Counted from the stretch's first letter, positions 33,728 through 44,387 are shown. The stretch: DNA of 64,000 nucleotides from Emergencia sp. (GCA_045638885.1 JAZUBY010000067.1:663-64662); one strand, 5' to 3'. Notes: a model not told the origin generated them from the letters alone. Translations and numbers: made by a program.

Positions 33728-34862
33728 CTTTGATTCCTTCGTCTTTCTGTCGGTCAAAGAGACCAGACTTTATAGATAAATTGGGAAGTGGCAGATTTTT
33801 GCGGACAGATTTACTGAGGATATCCATCCCTTCCTGAATCAAGGTCCGTTCACCAGCTTCCATGTCTTTTAAGTTTTTCATTACAGTCAGGGCATTTTTC
33901 CCAGAGAACAGTTCTTTCAAGGTTACTGCGTCACAGTCATCCAGGATTGAGAACACGGTCTCCACAAATCCTTCCCGTTTCTCTTTCGGCATGTCCTTAA
34001 GCCACTGCTTCAACGCCTTATCGATGAACTGGCTGCTGTCTGTAGTCTCCTCTTCTACCACAAAACCGGCACCCATAATCTCCCACGTGTACAAATCATG
34101 CTGCATCAGTCCGATGCTTTTGCTATGTATAACAGTAAATTCCTCTTCATGTTCTAAGAGCATCCCCACCACAGAGGACTGCGGCAAATAGGTTCTGGTC
34201 TTCGGCAGGATAGCCTTCATGCCGTCCTTTTCTATGTTTTCGCTGCTGAACCCCGGTCCATCAAAGTTGCGAATTTGCAGGATTTTATCCTGAATTTCCC
34301 TCTGACAGAAAGCACTGCCGTATACTGCCAGATTACCGCCTTTAGAATGGCCGCAAACATAAAATTCACGGTCCGGATAGGCTTTCGCTACTGCTTCCAC
34401 ATAAGCCACCGCTTCTTCCTGTGCCGGTACAAAATCGGCAAAACTCATATTAAAATCTTCTTTCCATCCCACGATAGTCAGGTCTGTGCCGCGAAAGACA
34501 ATGGCCGCCTTTCCCTCCGGCATTAAAACAGTGATCGCACTAAACTGCTTTTCCGTTGCAATATCAAAATGATCTACATAGCCCTGTAGCACAAAACTTC
34601 TAAAACGAGGACTATCCGCTGCCAGTTTCCAAAGATCATCATCACCCTCCTGTTTAAGGCGATGTGGTTCTGCTAAAACGATTTCTGCAGCTTCCATGAT
34701 GCTCACCGGTTCCTGATGAAAGTCTTCTCCCACGATTCCGCTGAGTCGGGTATAAGACAGCTGGGAGAGAATCAATGCGTCAACATCGCAAAAAGGGACC
34801 TTCTCAACCAAAAGATCCCCTCTCCATTTTATATATTCTAACATGTTTGACATAGGATTCAC
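33714..34862 (-). CDS. DUF2974/Mbeg1-like lipase-fold hydrolase
   Basis: QFSA, FRGTD...GWKEDF, GHSKGGNLA, FDGPGF, SVVGMLL, QHDLYTW. Confidence 0.88.
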   Translation of the reverse strand: MNPMSNMLEYIKWRGDLLVEKVPFCDVDALILSQLSYTRLSGIVGEDFHQEPVSIMEAAEIVLAEPHRLKQEGDDDLWKLAADSPRFRSFVLQGYVDHFDIATEKQFSAITVLMPEGKAAIVFRGTDLTIVGWKEDFNMSFADFVPAQEEAVAYVEAVAKAYPDREFYVCGHSKGGNLAVYGSAFCQREIQDKILQIRNFDGPGFSSENIEKDGMKAILPKTRTYLPQSSVVGMLLEHEEEFTVIHSKSIGLMQHDLYTWEIMGAGFVVEEETTDSSQFIDKALKQWLKDMPKEKREGFVETVFSILDDCDAVTLKELFSGKNALTVMKNLKDMEAGERTLIQEGMDILSKSVRKNLPLPNLSIKSGLFDRQKDEGIKDENL

Positions 34863-34921
34863 CCCACTTCCATAGCCTCTTTTATTATATCAAAGATAGC
34901 ATTTTTAGGGGCGAAAGTCAA

Positions 34922-35590
34922 TTATTGACAGACTTCCAGCCATTGTTCTAATAGTAGTCTACCGTTCTCCTGTTGCGCCTCATCTCCGAAGAGTATCATC
35001 CTTTCCGGATGCCACTGAAGACCTATGATTGGCAAAGTTTTGTGTTCCACAGCTTCCACGACAACGTCCTCTTCCTCCATCCACATGGCGGAAACCTTGA
35101 GACCTTCTCCAATGATGCCGGCCCCCTGATGATGGCGGGAATTTACTTCTGACAGTGCTCCATATAATTCATATAATCTGTTTCCTTCTGGAATATGAAC
35201 CATATGGTATCGCTCCGGTTCTCTGGCACCGTGATGTTTTTTACATGGCAGATCCTGAATCAAAGTTCCTCCAAAGAATACGTTAATAAACTGCATCCCT
35301 CTGCAGATGCCCAAAACAGGTTTTGATACAGCTACTGCCTGTTCCAGCAGAGCCCACTGGATTCTGTCCAGTTCATCATTCACATCGTTAGAGCAGTGTA
35401 AGTCTTCTGCACCCCAAAGTTTTGGATTCATATCCTGGAAACTGCCTGGCAATATCAGGCCATCTGCCATCTCCAAATCTGTTTCTTCGAGAGATGCAAA
35501 TCCCTCCGCACCTAGTTTGGACAAAGCTTCTATATAATTTTCGTAGTTTTCATCTGGCGTGAGCCAGCCTGCAATCATAATGCGTTTCAT
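34922..35590 (-). CDS. class I glutamine amidotransferase (peptidase C26, PuuD-like)
   Basis: LGICRGMQ, VNSRHHQ, QWHPE; ATG 35590 behind AAAGGGGAG. Confidence 0.9.
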   Translation of the reverse strand: MKRIMIAGWLTPDENYENYIEALSKLGAEGFASLEETDLEMADGLILPGSFQDMNPKLWGAEDLHCSNDVNDELDRIQWALLEQAVAVSKPVLGICRGMQFINVFFGGTLIQDLPCKKHHGAREPERYHMVHIPEGNRLYELYGALSEVNSRHHQGAGIIGEGLKVSAMWMEEEDVVVEAVEHKTLPIIGLQWHPERMILFGDEAQQENGRLLLEQWLEVCQ

Positions 35591-35726
35591 CGTACTCCCC
35601 TTTTTCTTTTTACTTATTTTAACACAATTATATGTCTGCCACAAACAAAGAAAAACAGCTCCCTTTCAGAAGCTGTCCTTCTTTTGATATTTTTTATTTG
35701 GCGGTAGCCATTATGGCTTTTATTCC

Positions 35727-37124
35727 TTATTTATTCAGGCCTTGCAGATATTTATCGATACTTGCCGCGCCTTTCTTCCCTGCACCCATGGCTTTAATTA
35801 CGGTAGCCGCGCCGGTTACTGCGTCGCCGCCGGCAAAGATACCAGGTCTATTGGTTGCTGCACCTTCATCTGTACCGATGCCGCCCTTTTCATTGGCTGC
35901 TAGATTTTCTGTAGTATCCAGAATCAAAGTATTCAGCTTGGTGCCGATGGACATGATAACCATGTCAACAGGAACGATGTGATTGGATCCTTCTACTACA
36001 ACCGGTTTTCTTCTGCCGGATGCATCTGGCTCGCCCAGTTCCATGGTCACGCATTCGATGCCGGTTACGAAGCCTTTTTCATCTCCTTTGATGGCAATCG
36101 GATTGGTCAGCAGTTTGAAGACGATGCCTTCTTCCATGGCATGATGTACTTCTTCTGCTCTTGCAGGTAGCTCGTCCATGCTACGACGGTAGATAATATA
36201 TACTTCGGATGCGCCCATACGTTTTGCGCATCTTGCAGCATCCATGGCAACATTACCACCACCTACAATGGCAATGCGGTCGCCGTGCTGGATTGGCGTA
36301 TCGTATTCAGGCAGGTATGCCTTCATCAGGTTGATTCTGGTTAAGTATTCGTTGGCAGAACATACACCTAGCAGGTTTTCACCAGGGATTTTCATGAAAG
36401 AAGGAAGTCCCGCACCGGTACCGATAAAGACTGCTTCGAAACCTTCTTCATCCATCAGCTCGTCTACTGTAATGGCACGACCAACGATGGCGTTGGTTAC
36501 GAATTTTACGCCCTTTGCTTCTAACTTGGCAACTTCGGCTGCAACGATATCCTTTGGCAGACGGAATTCCGGAATACCGTAAACCAGTACGCCGCCGACC
36601 TTATGTAAGGATTCGAATACAGTGACTTCGTAGCCTTTGTTAATCAGATCACCCGCACATGCAAGACCCGCGGGACCTGCACCGATGACAGCAACTTTGT
36701 GACCGTTGCTTGGAACAGGTTCAATTTTTTCGTCACCGCAGTGCGCTGCATGCCAGTCAGCTACGAAACGTTCCAGACGGCCGATACCGACAGGTTCGCC
36801 TTTCTTCCCCTGAGCACAATGGCCTTCGCACTGATTTTCCTGTGGGCAGACACGTCCACAGATTGCAGGCAGGGAGCTGGTTTCACTGATAATCTGATAT
36901 GCCTCTTCAAATTCACCGATGGCAACCTTTGCGATAAAATCAGGAATTCTAACGTTAACAGGACAACCTGTCATACAGGTACCTTTACGGCAGTTGACAC
37001 ATCTCATGGCTTCTCTGATGGCCATGTCTTCTGTATAGCCGGAAGATACTTCTTCGAAGTTCTGATTACGGACATTGGCATCCTGTTCCGGCATTGGCTG
37101 TTTTCCTCTTACTAAGTTAATCAT
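35727..37124 (-). CDS. NfnB/GltD-like NADPH-dependent flavo-Fe-S subunit
   Basis: CVNC...CMTGCPV, CGRVCPQENQCE, GAGPAG, YGIPEFRLP, GGGNVAMD, YRR, FAGGD; ATG 37124 behind GGAGGTG. Confidence 0.88.
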   Translation of the reverse strand: MINLVRGKQPMPEQDANVRNQNFEEVSSGYTEDMAIREAMRCVNCRKGTCMTGCPVNVRIPDFIAKVAIGEFEEAYQIISETSSLPAICGRVCPQENQCEGHCAQGKKGEPVGIGRLERFVADWHAAHCGDEKIEPVPSNGHKVAVIGAGPAGLACAGDLINKGYEVTVFESLHKVGGVLVYGIPEFRLPKDIVAAEVAKLEAKGVKFVTNAIVGRAITVDELMDEEGFEAVFIGTGAGLPSFMKIPGENLLGVCSANEYLTRINLMKAYLPEYDTPIQHGDRIAIVGGGNVAMDAARCAKRMGASEVYIIYRRSMDELPARAEEVHHAMEEGIVFKLLTNPIAIKGDEKGFVTGIECVTMELGEPDASGRRKPVVVEGSNHIVPVDMVIMSIGTKLNTLILDTTENLAANEKGGIGTDEGAATNRPGIFAGGDAVTGAATVIKAMGAGKKGAASIDKYLQGLNK

Positions 37125-37971
37125 GGTAACGAACACCTCCAGTCAAACGGCAAACGTGTGCCCTTTCATCGGCTTCCTGCGCAGCATAGAAGGTATTTCT
37201 CTGAATCAATTCGTCCCAGTCTACCAAAGCACCGTCAAATTCAGGACCATCTACGCAGACGAACTTGTCTTCGCCGCCGATGTTACATCTGCATCCGCCG
37301 CACATGCCAGTTCCATCAATCATATACGCAGTCAGGGATGCCACGGAAGGAATGTTGTTTTCTGCCGCAATCTGACAAACAAACTTCATCATGATTGGAG
37401 GGCCTACTGCGATAATTTCATCATACTGATTGCCGGCAGCAATCAGTTCTTTCAGCTTGTCTGTAGTGAAAGCCTTTTCCCCATAAGAACCGTCGTCAGT
37501 TACCATGTACAGGTTGTCTGTACCTGCACGGAATTCTTCTTCCAGGATAACCAGATCTTTGTTCTTAAATCCGGCAATCATATCCACTTCGATGCCTGCG
37601 GCATGCATGCCGGTTGCAAGCGGGTATGCCAGGGCATTTCCTGTACCGCCGCCAACCACGCATACCTTCTTCAGGCCTTCCATATGGGTTGGTTTTCCCA
37701 GTGGTCCTACGATGTCTGCGAAGCAGTCTCCCACTTCCAGCTGATCCATCAGCATGGTCGTTCTTCCAACTGCCGCGTAAATCAAATCGATGGTACCGTT
37801 TTCTTCGTTATGTCCTGCCATCGTCAGAGGAATTCTTTCTCCGTATTCGTCTGTACGCAGGATGATAAACTGACCTGGTCTTGCCTTTCTTGCTACCAGT
37901 GGTGCATAAATCACCAGCCAGGTCATATTGTCATTTAGCTTTCTCTTGCTAACAACTTCAAAAGGTTTCAT
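37117..37971 (-). CDS. NfnA/PyrK-like FAD/NAD-binding [2Fe-2S] subunit
   Basis: PGQF, ERIPLT, GPLG, GGGTG, DGTGMCGGCR, CVDGPEF; ATG 37971. Confidence 0.88.
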   Translation of the reverse strand: MKPFEVVSKRKLNDNMTWLVIYAPLVARKARPGQFIILRTDEYGERIPLTMAGHNEENGTIDLIYAAVGRTTMLMDQLEVGDCFADIVGPLGKPTHMEGLKKVCVVGGGTGNALAYPLATGMHAAGIEVDMIAGFKNKDLVILEEEFRAGTDNLYMVTDDGSYGEKAFTTDKLKELIAAGNQYDEIIAVGPPIMMKFVCQIAAENNIPSVASLTAYMIDGTGMCGGCRCNIGGEDKFVCVDGPEFDGALVDWDELIQRNTFYAAQEADERAHVCRLTGGVRYHD

Positions 37972-37987
37972 GCCTACGCCCCCTTTC

Positions 37988-40900
37988 CTACTGATCAAAG
38001 CTCTTCTTCTGGTGGAGCAGTTTTTCATATCTTTCCATAGCCATTTCTTCAGCCTTAGTAAACAGTTGCTCTGCTCTTTCAGGGAATTTCAGCTTCAGGG
38101 AGTCGTAACGGACTTCGCCCATGATGAAGTCTCTGTATCCAAGTGTTGGTGCAGGACTGTCGATGGACAGTGGGTTTTCACCCTTTGCCGCCAGGTCCGG
38201 ATTGTATCTCAGCAGGTTCCAATAACCGGAACGAACTGCATCCTTCATTTCCTTCATGGCATTGTTCATGCCGGCCTTCAGACCATGGTTGATACATGGA
38301 GCATATGCAATAATCAGGGATGGACCGTTATAGGCTTCGGCTTCTCTGATAGCTCTTAAGGTCTGTTCTGGATTTGCCCCCATTGCAATCTGTGCAACGT
38401 ATACATAGCCGTATGCCATGGCAATCTGCGCCAAATCCTTTTTCTTCACTGCCTTACCGGATGCTGCAAATTTCGCAACAGCACCGATTGGAGTAGCCTT
38501 GGAGGACTGGCCACCTGTATTGGAATATACTTCTGTGTCGAATACAAGAACGTTCACGTTTTCGCCGGATGCCAGTACGTGGTCTAAGCCGCCGTAACCA
38601 ATATCGTAAGCCCAGCCGTCACCGCCGAAGATCCACATGGATGGCTTAATCAGCATATCCTGATTGTCGATGACATACTGTGCGTCTTCGTTTTCAGCCG
38701 CAATCTGCTGGCAGGCTTCTACTAAAATCTTTCCTGTTTCTTCTGCTGCTTCTGCATCGTCCATGGAAGCAACCCACGCTCTTGCAGGTACGCCCACAGC
38801 GTCATAGAGTCTTTCTACTGCAGACTTCATCGCTCCACGACGAGCCAGCATGGACATGGTCATGCCCAGACCGAATTCAGCGTTATCTTCAAATAAGGAG
38901 TTTGCCCATGCAGGACCTCTGCCCTCTTTGTTCACAGTGTATGGAGTACTTGGTGCACTGCAGCCCCAGATGGAGGAACAGCCTGTTGCGTTGGCGATGT
39001 ATGCTCTTTCACCGTAAAGCTGGGTTACCAGTTTTGCGTATGGAGATTCACCACAGCCAGGACATGCGCCAGAGAACTCAAGCAACGGCTGCTTGAACTG
39101 GGAGCCTTTGACTGTACTTTCCTTGAATGGTACTTCCTTCTTTGTCACATCATTGAACAGATAATCGAATTTATCCTGAGACCAGTCTACTGCAGGTTTT
39201 TCTGCAGGAATCAATTCCAGTGCCTTCTTTCTAGCCGGACAAACCGATGCGCAGGAACCGCAGCCTGTGCAGTCCAGAGCGGAAATGCCGATGGTAAAGA
39301 ACTTGCCCTTGTTGCCCTTCATTGGAACAAAATCGCCATCCGGCACTTCTCTCGCTTCGTCTTCGTTTAAAACGAACGGTCTGATAACGCCGTGCGGACA
39401 AACATAAGAACACCAGTTACACTGGATACAATTGTCCTTCGCCCAGGTTGGAATGTCGGTTGCAATGCCTCTCTTTTCGAAAGCTGCTGTACCAGAAGGA
39501 ATCATACCGTTGGCAGTTTCTACGAACTTGGATACAGGCACTGCATCACCTGTTAATGTATTGGTTGGAATTAAGATGTCATTTAAGTAATTGGTCTGAA
39601 CATCGTCACGACCTACCATCTTTGCTCTTGGAGCATCGTCTGGAGCATCTGCCCACTCTGCAGGCACTTCAATCTTGTGCACGTTGTTGATACCTGCATC
39701 GACTGCGGCCATGTTCATGGCAACGATGTCAGCGCCCTTCTTGCCGTAAGTGTTCTGGATTGCTGTCTTCATGTGGCCAACAGCTTCTTCCAATGGAATC
39801 ACGTCAGCCAGTTTAAAGAATGCAGCCTGTAATACTGTATTGGTTCTTCTTGCACCCAGACCGATTTCCTTTGCGATGGAAACGGCGTCACAAGTGTAGA
39901 ACTGAACGTTATTCTTTGCGATATATCTCTTTACTTTTGCAGGCAGGTGTTCTTCCAGCTCTGCATCGTTCCAAACGCAGTTCAGCAGGAAGTAACCGCC
40001 CGGTTTTACATCCTGCACCATGTCGTAACGCTGCAGGTATGCTGCGTTATGGCATGCAACAAAGTCAGCCTGCTTTACATAGTAGGAAGACTTGATTGGC
40101 TGATCGCCGAATCTCAGGTGAGAAATGGTTACGCCGCCGGACTTCTTGGAGTCGTACTGGAAGTAAGCCTGTACTTTCTTGTCTGTATTATCACCAATAA
40201 TCTTAACGCTGTTCTTGTTAGCGCCTACGGTACCGTCAGCACCCAGACCCCAGAACTTGCAAGCCTTTGTGCCTACAGGTGCAACGTCAGGATTTTCACT
40301 GCCGGTGATGGACAGTCCTGTTACGTCGTCAGTGATGGAAATAGTAAATTCTTTCTTTGGATTTTCGGACCACAGGTTTTCATAAACGGCTAAGATATCG
40401 CCAGGCTGGGTATCTTTGGAGCCCAAACCGTAACGTCCGCCTACAATCAGGCAGTCCTCGAAGTATGTGCCACGAAGTGCGGAAATCACGTCTAAGTATA
40501 ACGGTTCACCAACGCCACCTGGTTCTTTTGTTCTATCTAAAACAGCAATCTTCTCAACAGTCTTTGGTATAACGTTCAGCAGGTATTTTGTGGAGAATGG
40601 TCTGTAAAGGTGAACTTCCACGATACCTACCTTCTTGCCGCGGGCTGTCAGATAGTCGATTAGTTCTTCTGCTGCGTCGCAGACAGATCCCATCGCGATG
40701 ATGATTTCCTCTGCATCCGGTGCACCGTAATAGTTAAATGGTTTATAGTCTGTGCCAATCTTTGCATTGACCTTTTCCATGTATGCGTTTACGATATCTG
40801 CTGTTTCCAGATAAGCAGGGTTGCAGGCCTCTCTATGCTGGAAGAAAGTTTCCGGTTGCTCTGCACTACCTACTGCATGCGGATGAGTTGGATGGATGGA

Positions 40901-41518
40901 GCGTTTCTTAAACGCTTTGATGGCATCCCAATCCACCATTTCCTTCAGGTCTTCGTAATCCCAGATTTCAATCTTCTGATTTTCGTGGGAAGTTCTGAAA
41001 CCGTCAAAGAAGTGAAGCATTGGCAACTTGCCAGCGATGGTTGCCAGGTGAGCAACTGCGGCTAAGTCCATAGACTGCTGCACGCTGTTACTTGCCAGCA
41101 TCGCAAAGCCGGTCTGTCGGCATCCCATAACGTCGGAATGGTCGCCAAAAATGGATAATGCGTGAGTGGAGATGGTTCTTGCCGCAACGTGGAATACGGT
41201 CGGCGTTTGCTCTCCGGCTAATTTATACATGTTTGGAATCATCAGCAGCAAACCCTGGGATGCTGTAAAGGTGGAAGTATATGCGCCTGCAGTGATGGCA
41301 CCGTGTACCGCACCGGCTGCACCGCCTTCAGATTCCATTTCTACGATTTTAACGTTCTCACCAAAAATATTTTTTCTGTCTTGTGATACCCATTCGTCCA
41401 TGCTTTCTGCCATTGGAGAAGATGGTGTAATTGGGTAGATGGCAGCAACTTCAGAGAATGCATATGCCACGTGAGCAGCTGCCGTATTTCCGTCCATGGT
41501 TTTCAGTTTTCTCACCAT
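37988..41518 (-). CDS. nifJ: pyruvate:ferredoxin (flavodoxin) oxidoreductase
   Basis: YPITPSS, GLGADGTVG, two CxxCxxCxxxCP clusters, GACPGCGE, GGDGWAYDIG. Confidence 0.96.
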   Translation of the reverse strand: MVRKLKTMDGNTAAAHVAYAFSEVAAIYPITPSSPMAESMDEWVSQDRKNIFGENVKIVEMESEGGAAGAVHGAITAGAYTSTFTASQGLLLMIPNMYKLAGEQTPTVFHVAARTISTHALSIFGDHSDVMGCRQTGFAMLASNSVQQSMDLAAVAHLATIAGKLPMLHFFDGFRTSHENQKIEIWDYEDLKEMVDWDAIKAFKKRSIHPTHPHAVGSAEQPETFFQHREACNPAYLETADIVNAYMEKVNAKIGTDYKPFNYYGAPDAEEIIIAMGSVCDAAEELIDYLTARGKKVGIVEVHLYRPFSTKYLLNVIPKTVEKIAVLDRTKEPGGVGEPLYLDVISALRGTYFEDCLIVGGRYGLGSKDTQPGDILAVYENLWSENPKKEFTISITDDVTGLSITGSENPDVAPVGTKACKFWGLGADGTVGANKNSVKIIGDNTDKKVQAYFQYDSKKSGGVTISHLRFGDQPIKSSYYVKQADFVACHNAAYLQRYDMVQDVKPGGYFLLNCVWNDAELEEHLPAKVKRYIAKNNVQFYTCDAVSIAKEIGLGARRTNTVLQAAFFKLADVIPLEEAVGHMKTAIQNTYGKKGADIVAMNMAAVDAGINNVHKIEVPAEWADAPDDAPRAKMVGRDDVQTNYLNDILIPTNTLTGDAVPVSKFVETANGMIPSGTAAFEKRGIATDIPTWAKDNCIQCNWCSYVCPHGVIRPFVLNEDEAREVPDGDFVPMKGNKGKFFTIGISALDCTGCGSCASVCPARKKALELIPAEKPAVDWSQDKFDYLFNDVTKKEVPFKESTVKGSQFKQPLLEFSGACPGCGESPYAKLVTQLYGERAYIANATGCSSIWGCSAPSTPYTVNKEGRGPAWANSLFEDNAEFGLGMTMSMLARRGAMKSAVERLYDAVGVPARAWVASMDDAEAAEETGKILVEACQQIAAENEDAQYVIDNQDMLIKPSMWIFGGDGWAYDIGYGGLDHVLASGENVNVLVFDTEVYSNTGGQSSKATPIGAVAKFAASGKAVKKKDLAQIAMAYGYVYVAQIAMGANPEQTLRAIREAEAYNGPSLIIAYAPCINHGLKAGMNNAMKEMKDAVRSGYWNLLRYNPDLAAKGENPLSIDSPAPTLGYRDFIMGEVRYDSLKLKFPERAEQLFTKAEEMAMERYEKLLHQKKSFDQ

Positions 41519-41520
41519 AA

Positions 41521-42783
41521 TCACTCTCCTTCCACAAGGCCAAGGGCAACTCTCTGCAGATAGTTATATTCCGGAACTTCTCTTTCTTTGATGACACCTC
41601 TTGCACACATGTATTCGCATACATTGCAGTTTTCACAGATTTCCGGATCCACTACTGCGTGTGCTTCATCGATATAGATGGCACCGTTTGGACAGTTGGC
41701 CTGGCAGTCTCCGCACGCGATACAAGCGGAATCGCATACTGCGGCTTTTTCTTCATAGTCCGCTGTGGAGGAACATGGTACCATCTTCGCACCCTTATAT
41801 GGCACGATGGTAATCAGGTTCATTGGACATACGTATGTACAGTCTTTACATCCTACGCATTTGTCATAATCTACGTAAGCACTGCCGTTTACAATTTCAA
41901 TAGCGCCATAGCGGCAGACTTTTGTACAGTCACCTAATCCGGTGCAGCCTGTTGTACAGACGCCCAGTTCCTTGCCGTCCATTTTTGCAGCTTCTGCGCA
42001 AGTGGTACAGCCTGCTGTCTTGTAGGCTTCCGTGCATTTGCTGCCGTTACATCTTACGAAAGCAACTTTATCTTTTAACTTGGTTATATCATGATGTGTG
42101 TCTACGATAATTTTCTTCTTGCATTTTACAGTACAGGCAACACAGCCAACGCACTTGTCATAATCGATGACAGCGTGGTTATCGATGATGTCGATGGCGC
42201 CTTCCGGACATGCTCTCACGCAGTCTCCACAGCCGATACAACCGAATCGGCAAAGTTCTCTAACAGCATCGTCATCATCACTGCTGTTAGAGCAAGGAAT
42301 AAAGTTTGTAGCTTCTCTTGGAATCATGCGGATGATAGTCTGCGGACAAACTTCGGCATTTGCACAGGCACCACAGCCGTTACATTTTTCTCTATCGATA
42401 ATGATGTTGCAGTCTTCTGCTTTCATGGCACCGAACTGACATACATTGACGCAGTCGCCGATACCTACGCAGCCATTCTTACATTCTCCTCTGACAAACC
42501 CGCCATCTACGGCTTCTTTGCAGGATTTGCAGTCTGCCAGTCTGAATTTGCCTGCAGCATCGCCGCTGCAGGCGATGAATGCAATCTTCTCTATTACCTC
42601 TGTTGTCTCTTTATTCATTGCTTTTGCAATCTCGTCTACGGTTTCCTGGCTACAGGCTGGACAAAGCGCAACGCTTTCGCCTGCTACAATGGCTTCTGCA
42701 CACGCCTGACAGGTTGCCTTGCCGCAGCCGCCATAGCCTGCACAGTCACCGCCTGGCAGAAGTTTCAAAATCTTCTCCAACAT
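41521..42783 (-). CDS. RnfB-like polyferredoxin without membrane anchor
   Basis: LPGGDCAGYGGCG..C..CA Fe-S domain followed by two repeated ferredoxin modules; ATG 42783 behind GGAGGAG. Confidence 0.8.
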   Translation of the reverse strand: MLEKILKLLPGGDCAGYGGCGKATCQACAEAIVAGESVALCPACSQETVDEIAKAMNKETTEVIEKIAFIACSGDAAGKFRLADCKSCKEAVDGGFVRGECKNGCVGIGDCVNVCQFGAMKAEDCNIIIDREKCNGCGACANAEVCPQTIIRMIPREATNFIPCSNSSDDDDAVRELCRFGCIGCGDCVRACPEGAIDIIDNHAVIDYDKCVGCVACTVKCKKKIIVDTHHDITKLKDKVAFVRCNGSKCTEAYKTAGCTTCAEAAKMDGKELGVCTTGCTGLGDCTKVCRYGAIEIVNGSAYVDYDKCVGCKDCTYVCPMNLITIVPYKGAKMVPCSSTADYEEKAAVCDSACIACGDCQANCPNGAIYIDEAHAVVDPEICENCNVCEYMCARGVIKEREVPEYNYLQRVALGLVEGE

Positions 42784-42959
42784 AACTACTCCTCCTTCTG
42801 TTTTATGTGCATATATCAGCATTTGATACAAATTTCTCGCTCTCATCATTGTCAGAAAATTCTGTATTTTCCCCTGTCTTAATATTAACCCTACATGATT
42901 TTTTTGTCAACGAATGGTAGTATTTTGTGTTGGCATTTTTTCTGTATTTTTGTCAAAAG

Positions 42960-42992
42960 AAAAAGGACATGTTCCTTCGAGCATGTCCTTTT
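42960..42992 (-). terminator. terminator after the LCP gene
   Basis: AAAAGGACATG...CATGTCCTTTT hairpin. Confidence 0.75.
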
Positions 42993-43007
42993 ATACCTAT
43001 CATCTTA

Positions 43008-44240
43008 TTATTGAATTCCTGTGCTATAAATAATTTCTTCATTTATAGCGGCTGCCTGTTCAGATAGCTGGTAGTCTTCCTGACCAAATGCTTTTTTATG
43101 AAGTTCCTGCACCTCTGTTTCCAGTGTAATTGGAACAACGTAAGAAATACCATCGGATAACAGACCACCATAATATTCCTTTGGCCAACTGATACCAGAC
43201 TGCATATCCATTCTTGCTGCAATTGGAATCAGGGTTAAAATATCCATCTGTGTCATATTCGTTCTAATATTTGGGAATACGTTTTCAGACAGTTCCTTCA
43301 GTTTCCATGGCTGTGTCAACGCCTTCTTCATTGTAGCCATTACAACCTTCTTGTATCTGTCTGTTCTGCTGGAGTCACCGCCGCTAGTCTTTCTGATTCG
43401 GCAATAGGTTGTAGCCTGTACACCATCAAGGGTCTGTTTTCCAGACTCTGTGATTTCTTCATAGGTGCCTCCTACATTATCTGCTGTTTCAGGGCCCCAG
43501 CGGTTGAGGTCACTGATTTCACCTTCTTCTACATTAATCTGAATTCCACCTAGCGCATCTATTGCATCACTCACTGCCTTCCAGTTGAATAATACATATT
43601 CGTCAATGTTTAAATCCATAGAGCGGTTCAAAGCTGCACAAGTATTTACCGGTCCACCAAACACGTTGGCGTGGGTTACCTTGTCTAAAATCATACCTTC
43701 ATCGTAGAAGTCAAACTTCAAATAAGAGTCTCTCATCACAGAAATCATACGTAACTGTCCATTGCTCTTCTTGAAGCTTAACACGATAATTGCATCTGTT
43801 CTGCTGACATCATAACTCTCATCAGCTCTTCCGTCAGTACCTAAAATAGCAATGTTTCGATAGCCTCTTAGGTCCTTTGCTGCCTGCTCACTAATCGCAA
43901 AATCATCATGGTTTGTTTTCTGTCTTTCAAAAGTTCCAGTCAAAGACCATACTAAAGCAGAAACAGCTGTAACCAGAACAACACAAAGAATTAAGATAGT
44001 CAGTAAAATTCTTCTCCATACCGGCTTCTTCCCCTTCTTCTTTGCTTTTCGTCCGCTACTGTTTCTCGTAATGATTTCATCCTGCATATCATCATGATGT
44101 TTCTTATTCATCTTGCGGGCACGTCTTTCATACGCCTCCGCTTTTTTTGCATATTCAGGATTTTCTAACTGACGGATCAGTTCCGGACTATACTTCATTC
44201 CTTCAAAATCCTGAGTCTGTCTATTCTTATCTTTCCTCAC
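43008..44240 (-). CDS. LytR-CpsA-Psr (LCP) family protein
   Basis: Basic tail plus TM, NIAILGTDGR, RTDAII, SVMRD, YCRIRK, GDSSRTDR; GTG start at 44240 inferred. Confidence 0.92.
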   Translation of the reverse strand: MRKDKNRQTQDFEGMKYSPELIRQLENPEYAKKAEAYERRARKMNKKHHDDMQDEIITRNSSGRKAKKKGKKPVWRRILLTILILCVVLVTAVSALVWSLTGTFERQKTNHDDFAISEQAAKDLRGYRNIAILGTDGRADESYDVSRTDAIIVLSFKKSNGQLRMISVMRDSYLKFDFYDEGMILDKVTHANVFGGPVNTCAALNRSMDLNIDEYVLFNWKAVSDAIDALGGIQINVEEGEISDLNRWGPETADNVGGTYEEITESGKQTLDGVQATTYCRIRKTSGGDSSRTDRYKKVVMATMKKALTQPWKLKELSENVFPNIRTNMTQMDILTLIPIAARMDMQSGISWPKEYYGGLLSDGISYVVPITLETEVQELHKKAFGQEDYQLSEQAAAINEEIIYSTGIQ

Positions 44241-44387
44241 GGTAATAAATCCTTTCATTACATAGTTCCGTATATTATACACTTTTTTAGAGAAAATAGC
44301 AACTATCGCCAATGTGTTGTTTTTGTGTGTACCTTAAGAGAGCAGCTATTTTGTCGAAACTTTCTTTTTTAAAATAATAAAAATTAC

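Noticed and set aside
35727-37124. glutamate synthase
   Set aside because: No large subunit gene nearby; pairing with an NfnA/PyrK-like gene favours NfnAB.
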